From an uncultured archaeon (lineage in GTDB: Archaea > Asgardarchaeota > Lokiarchaeia > Sigyniarchaeales > Promethearchaeaceae): a stretch of DNA of 9,497 bases. Location of the stretch: positions 1 through 9,497 of the forward strand of contig CAYRPF010000076.1 of NCBI GenBank assembly GCA_964426185.1. The letters run 5' to 3'. Below are positions 1 to 5,099 of the stretch, piece after piece; the stretch's first letter is position 1; the number at the start of each line of letters is the position of its first letter. Under the pieces are notes generated by a model. That model made no database searches, was not told the origin of the DNA, and saw only the letters and a program-made list of their open reading frames with translations. Both the position numbers and the translations under genes were made by a program.

Positions 1-702
1 TTTGCGTTGTTTTCGGATTTTGATTCATCTTGGAAATTATTAACAGAATTACAAGATCTTTCAAAGATAAATGGGATGGTTCTTCAATCCAAGCGAATAT
101 CACAAATTCAATTAACTTATAAAAACCGCATCTTGACACTTGCAGATGAAACACAACGTAATCAAATGCTTATAAGTTTGATTATAGAAGAAATCCAACG
201 AATAACCCAAAAATATACCGGATATTTAGTATCCGATCAAGAAATTGCTGATATATTTATGATAGCTTACAAAATGGATGAGGTTTTTGGACCAAAACTG
301 CATGCCATTGAAAATTTAATTGAAGAAACAGATGAATATCAAACTAACTTATACTTAATTGGTAGTTTATATACTGCATCACTTGGCCAAGGACAACATT
401 ATAATGAGGGTTTATTTGGACCTTTTCCTTTTGGAAGTGAAAACCAACGCGCCTTAGTTTACAGCACGAATTTAAAAGATTCTGAACAATTGGAAAGTCG
501 AAATAAAGGATCTGTTTATACTATTATTTGTTTAGTTTATGGCGCGCAACTTTCCCCAGTTTTTTTTGACCAAAAACGCTTAGAAGGTATTTTCAAAAAG
601 TATTTGGATAAGATTAAGGAAGTGAATGAAATTACTCCCGAGTTTCTCACAGTCATGCGAATGCATATAATAGATGAATTCATTCGGAAAAATCTCCAAT
701 AG
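1..702 (+). CDS. 5'-truncated protein: helical region followed by a C-terminal uDENN/longin-like domain (folliculin/NPRL2-like) with a candidate Arg finger
   Basis: Frame 1 is open from base 1 (ttt gcg ttg ttt...), so the TTG at 7 is probably not the true start. Stop TAG at 700-702. IFMIAYKMDEVFGPKL (253-300) and VYSTNLKDSEQLESRNKGSVYTIICLVY (R codon 499-501) resemble the first hairpin and the beta4-beta5 loop of FLCN/NPRL2/SMCR8 longin domains, compared from memory. Confidence 0.7.
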   Translation, partial: FALFSDFDSSWKLLTELQDLSKINGMVLQSKRISQIQLTYKNRILTLADETQRNQMLISLIIEEIQRITQKYTGYLVSDQEIADIFMIAYKMDEVFGPKLHAIENLIEETDEYQTNLYLIGSLYTASLGQGQHYNEGLFGPFPFGSENQRALVYSTNLKDSEQLESRNKGSVYTIICLVYGAQLSPVFFDQKRLEGIFKKYLDKIKEVNEITPEFLTVMRMHIIDEFIRKNLQ

Positions 703-709
703 AAAAAAA
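703..709 (-). terminator. Oligo-T (T7) archaeal-type terminator candidate for tatD
   Basis: A7 on the + strand reads T7 on the - strand, 14 nt after the tatD stop, in the 21-nt gap between convergent genes. Confidence 0.4.
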
Positions 710-723
710 CCTTGTTATATTAA

Positions 724-1626
724 TTATTTTGGAAAATGAAAGAACTTGAGGGCATTTTTTAAAATTATCTCGGAAACTTCCTGCTGATTTTTCTGCTGTA
801 GATAAGCAATGGCAGCGACTGCATACTTTACATTTAGTGGCACGTTAAACTCTCCTATTTTATAGGGATGCTGCCAAGCAGAATCAGTTTCTGTTAGCAA
901 AGATTCAATCAGAACTCCTTCAAAATTCCGGCGCCATCTTCGAAATCCATAAGCCGATGCAGGAACGGATAAATAATAACCTTGTTTTGCTAAGTACGGG
1001 CCCCACTCCGCTGGACCTGAAAAACAGTGCCACATTACTTGATCAGGAGGGATATTTTCATCTTCCAAAATTTCTGTGATGATATTATTTACCCGATCCC
1101 GTTCATTGTATGGATCTTGAGGTAGATCAGGGTCTTTATCATTGGGTCCGGCATTTCTGACATGCAAACTATAAGGAAGACCCAAATATTTTGTTTCTTG
1201 AATAATTTTTTCAAAAACGGAAATCTGACGCTCTCGATCAGTTAATTTTTTGGCATGATGGAAATCTAGACCGATCTCACCAATACCAATAAATTTTTTT
1301 GCGTTTTTTTGAATGAATTCTAAGAATTTTGAAAAATCTCGGTCGTGTTTAGATTTTTCGCTGTATGTTACTGTTTGAGGCCCCCATCCATAGGTCATGT
1401 AAATGTTTGGATGATTTTGAGCAAAATTGTAAGTAATTTGATACCCATAATAGTTAGTGGAAGTAACTAAAAACTGACCATTCTCACGAAAAAATTCTTC
1501 ATATTGTGTTTCATAAGAATAGGGTATTCCACGGGGAGGCGGATCTAACGGGAAATGACAATGGCAATCAACTAGAGAAATTTTAGATGCCGGTTTCAAA
1601 TCCAGACGATCAGATTTTCGAGTCAT
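724..1626 (-). CDS. tatD: TatD-family metal-dependent hydrolase/DNase (amidohydrolase TIM barrel)
   Basis: Canonical motifs in order: LVDCHCH (DxHxH), IGIGEIGLDF, SLHVR, WHCFSG, LLTETDS, and a C-terminal NALKFF. Confidence 0.93.
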   Translation of the reverse strand: MTRKSDRLDLKPASKISLVDCHCHFPLDPPPRGIPYSYETQYEEFFRENGQFLVTSTNYYGYQITYNFAQNHPNIYMTYGWGPQTVTYSEKSKHDRDFSKFLEFIQKNAKKFIGIGEIGLDFHHAKKLTDRERQISVFEKIIQETKYLGLPYSLHVRNAGPNDKDPDLPQDPYNERDRVNNIITEILEDENIPPDQVMWHCFSGPAEWGPYLAKQGYYLSVPASAYGFRRWRRNFEGVLIESLLTETDSAWQHPYKIGEFNVPLNVKYAVAAIAYLQQKNQQEVSEIILKNALKFFHFPK

Positions 1627-1733
1627 ATAATGAGCATAGTTTTATTTATCTAAAATTTTCTTATTAGAAATACTATCGAATTAAATTGAATCCTTAAAAA
1701 ATACTAAATTGCTAAAATGCAAGATGGATAATA
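1627..1733. promoter_or_regulatory. Divergent promoter region, probably leaderless or short-leader transcripts
   Basis: 107-bp very AT-rich gap between divergent starts. On the - strand, GAAAA-TTTTAGATA (about 1660-1647) lies 20-30 nt before the tatD ATG. On the + strand, TTAAAAAA (1694-1701) lies about 32 nt before ATG 1734. No clear Shine-Dalgarno for either gene. Confidence 0.4.
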
Positions 1734-3626
1734 ATGCACAATCAAAAACCCCAACCGCTTAAGATATCTGATTTGTCGAAAATAATCCGACCAGGTTATC
1801 GTATTTTCTTAGGAACTGGTTGCAGCGAACCAATTGTCATATCTCGAGAATTGGTTCAGAAAACCTATCGGTGGTTTGATTGTCAGTTGATTCATTTTCT
1901 CACAGTATCTAATCTGAAATATTTTTCTGAGACAAATCCGACCCATTTTCGCCATCAAACCCTATCTATCATCGTATCCAACCAGATGAGGAATGCTGTA
2001 AATCAAGGAAAAAGCGATTATATCCCCATAAAATCCTCTGAAATACCTCGTTTATTAAAAAAAGGGGCCCTCCCTATTGATTTAGCTTTTCTACAAGTTT
2101 CCCCTCCTGATGAATATGGCTATTGTTCATTGGGAATTAATGTTGATATTAATTCCACGGTGGCGAAAACTGTTAAAACCTTGGTATTTGTAATAAACAA
2201 ATATATGCCGAGAACTGAAGGCGATACTTGCATTAAATTTTCCGAAGCTGATTACTATTTGGAACACCACGCTTCTTTGTTAGAATATCCTCCTGAATTA
2301 TGTGCTTCAGAACTTCACTTTCAATTAATGCAGAAGATTGGCCCTTTCATCTCCAGATTGATTGAAGATGAAAGTACACTAAATATTGGATTAGGTAAAT
2401 TACCACCACTTATTTGGCCTTATTTAAATAATAAGAAAGATTTAGCCGTCTATTCTGAGGTTCTTTTATTAACACCCGCTTTTTTCGAGTTAATTGAGAA
2501 GGGAGTGATAACTTGTGCTAAAAATTCTTTTTCTCATATTATGACTTCATTTGTAGCTGGAACGAATTCGATGTATACTCATCTTAATCACAATCCAATG
2601 TTTGAATTTCATCCTACCGAATTTATATCCAATATCGAACGAATTTCCCGTAATAATAAAATGTGCTCAATTTATGGCGCGATGATGATTGACTTAACTG
2701 GTCAGATCTCGAATCATCTTCCAGAATCATTTTATAGTGGAATAGGAGGAGAATTGGATTTTTTGCAAGGAACTAGCTTAAATCACCAAGGTAAAAACAT
2801 AATTATTCTACCAAGTACTGCAAAAAACGTGACAATTTCCCGTGTTGTTCCTTTTGTACAACACGCCAGTATTCCTGCTGTTGACGTTCATTATGTGGTA
2901 ACTGAATGGGGTATTGCACGTTTAGCTGGTCGAAATATTCGTGAAAGAGCCCTTCAACTTATTGGAATCGCTCATCCTGATTTCCGCTTAGATTTGTTGA
3001 AACAAGCTAAACAAATGCACCTCATATATGAAGATCAAATTCTTCCTACAAGTATTGATGGAAATATCGCCATATATCCCGCTAAATACGAATGGAAATT
3101 TGAAACTAAAGATGGAAGGCAAATATTTTTTCGCCCAGTAAAATCCACTGATGAATCCCTACTGCAAGATTTCTTTTATCATTTGGATGAAAACAGCAAA
3201 AGATTACGATTTTTAACCCCAAAAAAAATTTTCCCTCATGAACAAACCCAGCTGGAAGTAAATATCGATTATTACAATACTATGATGATAATTGGGTTAA
3301 CCCGCCGACACGAGAACGAAAGAAGTTTTGAGCATAGCCAGATTATTTGTGCTGGGAGTTATTATAGAGATATATCCGGAAATTCAAACTGGGCTGAAAT
3401 GGCAACTGTAGTTGCTCCAGATTGGCAGAATTGTGGAATTGGGACTCATATCTTTAGAAAATTATTCGAAATTGCAATTGATAATGAGGTGACTGGATTA
3501 TTTGGTGAGATAGCACCTTCAAACACTGCAATTTTAGCTATTTTGAAAAAGCTTCCTTTTGAAGTCACTGTGCGAGCTCTATCGGATAATATTGAATTTA
3601 GAATAGAATTTAGTCATCTCCTTTAA
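1734..3626 (+). CDS. Acetyl-CoA hydrolase/4-hydroxybutyrate CoA-transferase family protein fused to a C-terminal GNAT acetyltransferase
   Basis: CoA-transferase motifs: LQVSPPDEYGYCSLG, LNIGLG, AVYSEV (putative catalytic Glu242, codon 2457-2459), YSGIGGELDF, VHYVVTEWGIARLAGRNIRERALQLIGIAHPDFR. GNAT domain from about 3075: FFRPVKSTDE...RLRF...NIDY...AEMATVVAPDWQNCGIG (motif A, 3426-3443)...SNTAILAILKK. Confidence 0.9.
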   Translation: MHNQKPQPLKISDLSKIIRPGYRIFLGTGCSEPIVISRELVQKTYRWFDCQLIHFLTVSNLKYFSETNPTHFRHQTLSIIVSNQMRNAVNQGKSDYIPIKSSEIPRLLKKGALPIDLAFLQVSPPDEYGYCSLGINVDINSTVAKTVKTLVFVINKYMPRTEGDTCIKFSEADYYLEHHASLLEYPPELCASELHFQLMQKIGPFISRLIEDESTLNIGLGKLPPLIWPYLNNKKDLAVYSEVLLLTPAFFELIEKGVITCAKNSFSHIMTSFVAGTNSMYTHLNHNPMFEFHPTEFISNIERISRNNKMCSIYGAMMIDLTGQISNHLPESFYSGIGGELDFLQGTSLNHQGKNIIILPSTAKNVTISRVVPFVQHASIPAVDVHYVVTEWGIARLAGRNIRERALQLIGIAHPDFRLDLLKQAKQMHLIYEDQILPTSIDGNIAIYPAKYEWKFETKDGRQIFFRPVKSTDESLLQDFFYHLDENSKRLRFLTPKKIFPHEQTQLEVNIDYYNTMMIIGLTRRHENERSFEHSQIICAGSYYRDISGNSNWAEMATVVAPDWQNCGIGTHIFRKLFEIAIDNEVTGLFGEIAPSNTAILAILKKLPFEVTVRALSDNIEFRIEFSHLL

Positions 3627-3700
3627 TAATTTAAGACTTTTTTATGATTAAAACTCTAAATTTTTTCCAAATTCTTGATTCCTCAAAATAGGAATTTTCC

Positions 3701-3714
3701 CAAATCTTTAAATA
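3701..3714 (+). promoter_or_regulatory. Candidate BRE/TATA box for the downstream operon
   Basis: CAAATC followed by TTTAAATA (3707-3714) fits the archaeal TATA consensus. An alternative box, TTTTATAT, lies at 3769-3776. The region is AT-rich, so chance matches are likely. Confidence 0.4.
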
Positions 3715-3728
3715 ATTTATCCACGTTT

Positions 3729-3752
3729 ATTATTGTATTGCATGGCAATAAT
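3729..3752. promoter_or_regulatory. Inverted repeat, candidate operator
   Basis: TATTGC-atg-GCAATA (3736-3750), overlapped by ATTATTG-N10-CAATAAT (3729-3752), about 15-38 nt downstream of the TTTAAATA box. Confidence 0.3.
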
Positions 3753-3804
3753 GCTCAGCAAATATGGTTTTTATATTTCATTCTGGGCTAAATGTTGCCT
3801 ATTA

Positions 3805-3811
3805 GAGGGAG
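3805..3811 (+). promoter_or_regulatory. Shine-Dalgarno-like site supporting a start at 3816
   Basis: GAGGGAG lies 4 nt before the in-frame ATG 3816, inside the extension that begins at the track's ATG 3792. Confidence 0.55.
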
Positions 3812-3815
3812 TTTA

Positions 3816-5087
3816 ATGGTAATTGGGATAATTTGTTATCAGTTCAACTTGAATCAAACGGATTTTGGCGATATTGAGCCGAAATTCCGCATTATTGCGA
3901 GATCTCATCGTCTTGACTATAATGAGACACCTATCGAGAAGCTAATTTCCAATAAAGAGAAATTTCGTTTATTCTATGAACATACTGCAGGATTCTCAGC
4001 CGATTATCCACATCGAGCAGTGTCAAGCACTACATCGGGTCGTCTGAAGGATAGTCCTTATAAACTCTTGTCTCATTATCAAAAAACTTCGAATGGAATC
4101 CAAACATTAACGATAGCATTGTTTGAATGGAACATGGAAGTTGAAATCGTAGAAAATTTGTTCTCTACTTTTGTGGATCGTTTAGAAGAGAAGTTCAAAA
4201 TGCTCACATCTTCAGATTTGGATAATATTGCAAATTTCATGCGGTTGCAAGACGATGTGGCTCAAGATGTTCAATTTTGCGTTTTTCAAATGGAGCGTTT
4301 CTCAAATTTAACCAAGCTTCAAAAAGCCGCTCTAATTTTCGCAACATATGAGCGAGAATACTGTTTAAGACTTCTTCGTAAAGCTCCAATTTCTCGAACT
4401 ATTTTACAAGAAAAATTGGAACAGTTTAAACCTAATATCAATATCGACGTCCTTCTAAAACCATTTATCGAACTAAACCTCATTAGGCGCGATTGGGTCA
4501 AAGGAGTTAAAAACAAAAAGACAGGTATTATTTATGGAACCGGAGAATATATTTTTCTAATAAAAGATATTATTTTAGTTCGGATGCCTCCCAAAGAGTT
4601 AATTGGGAATTTACAGAGAGGATCTAGCATTAGAACAAATTACTTAAAAGAAATAAAGGAATTTTATGAAAATTATTCTCCATTTGAAAAAATGGATGAA
4701 GAAAGCAACATTTTCGCACATCTTCTATTAGAACCAGATACATTTGATTTCTTAGCTCTTTTACGCAATAAAGCGTATCCATTGAAGAAAATACCTCGTG
4801 TTATATCACAATTTTCCCAAATGCGCGAGATTCTTGATCGATTAATTAGTTTTAATATTTTACGCTTAATACCTGATGATAACGGGCAGCAGTGGGTATG
4901 TATGGTTAGTGATATCACACCTTTAGTCGTTTTTCCAGAATATTTGGTAAATAACATTGCAGATCGAACGGCTATCAAATTAGAATCCATAGATGAAAAA
5001 TCATTAGTAGCTCCTATTACAAAAGAAATTGGCGCTCTTTCTTTGAAATTATTGGAATTAACTTATGAAGAGAAAGTAGAATTTTAG
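3816..5087 (+). CDS. Hypothetical protein (423 aa): N-terminal longin-like alpha/beta domain plus two tandem winged-helix-like repeats
   Basis: Long ORF, start reassigned from 3792 to 3816 on the SD-like site. The N-terminus reads as beta(IGIICYQF)-beta(FRIIAR)-alpha-beta-beta(YKLLSHYQ)-beta(TLTIALF)-alpha-alpha. Internal duplication 4326-4604 vs 4713-4949 (LRLLRK...FIELNLIR...YIFLIKD vs LALLRN...LISFNILR...WVCMVSD). The CDS is secure, but the fold is inferred. Confidence 0.65.
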   Translation: MVIGIICYQFNLNQTDFGDIEPKFRIIARSHRLDYNETPIEKLISNKEKFRLFYEHTAGFSADYPHRAVSSTTSGRLKDSPYKLLSHYQKTSNGIQTLTIALFEWNMEVEIVENLFSTFVDRLEEKFKMLTSSDLDNIANFMRLQDDVAQDVQFCVFQMERFSNLTKLQKAALIFATYEREYCLRLLRKAPISRTILQEKLEQFKPNINIDVLLKPFIELNLIRRDWVKGVKNKKTGIIYGTGEYIFLIKDIILVRMPPKELIGNLQRGSSIRTNYLKEIKEFYENYSPFEKMDEESNIFAHLLLEPDTFDFLALLRNKAYPLKKIPRVISQFSQMREILDRLISFNILRLIPDDNGQQWVCMVSDITPLVVFPEYLVNNIADRTAIKLESIDEKSLVAPITKEIGALSLKLLELTYEEKVEF

Positions 5088-5092
5088 GGAGG
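5087..5092 (+). promoter_or_regulatory. Shine-Dalgarno site overlapping the upstream stop codon
   Basis: TAGGGAGGaaaaaacATG: GGAGG ends 7 nt before ATG 5100. Confidence 0.75.
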
Positions 5093-5099
5093 AAAAAAC

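Noticed and set aside
7-9. TTG start for the first ORF
   Set aside because: The frame is open to base 1, so the gene probably starts upstream of the window.
3678-3700. Hairpin ATTCCT-caaaat-AGGAAT followed by TTT as an intrinsic terminator
   Set aside because: Only 6 bp and AT-rich with a short T tail. Nearby T-tracts explain archaeal termination equally well.
3792-3815. ATG 3792 as start of the 431-aa ORF
   Set aside because: The SD-like GAGGGAG lies inside this extension and fits ATG 3816, where the first predicted beta strand begins. The longer start is not fully excluded.
4319-4990. Minus-strand ORFs 4319..4516 and 4673..4990
   Set aside because: Entirely antisense to the well-supported 3816-5087 CDS, short, with no recognisable motifs.
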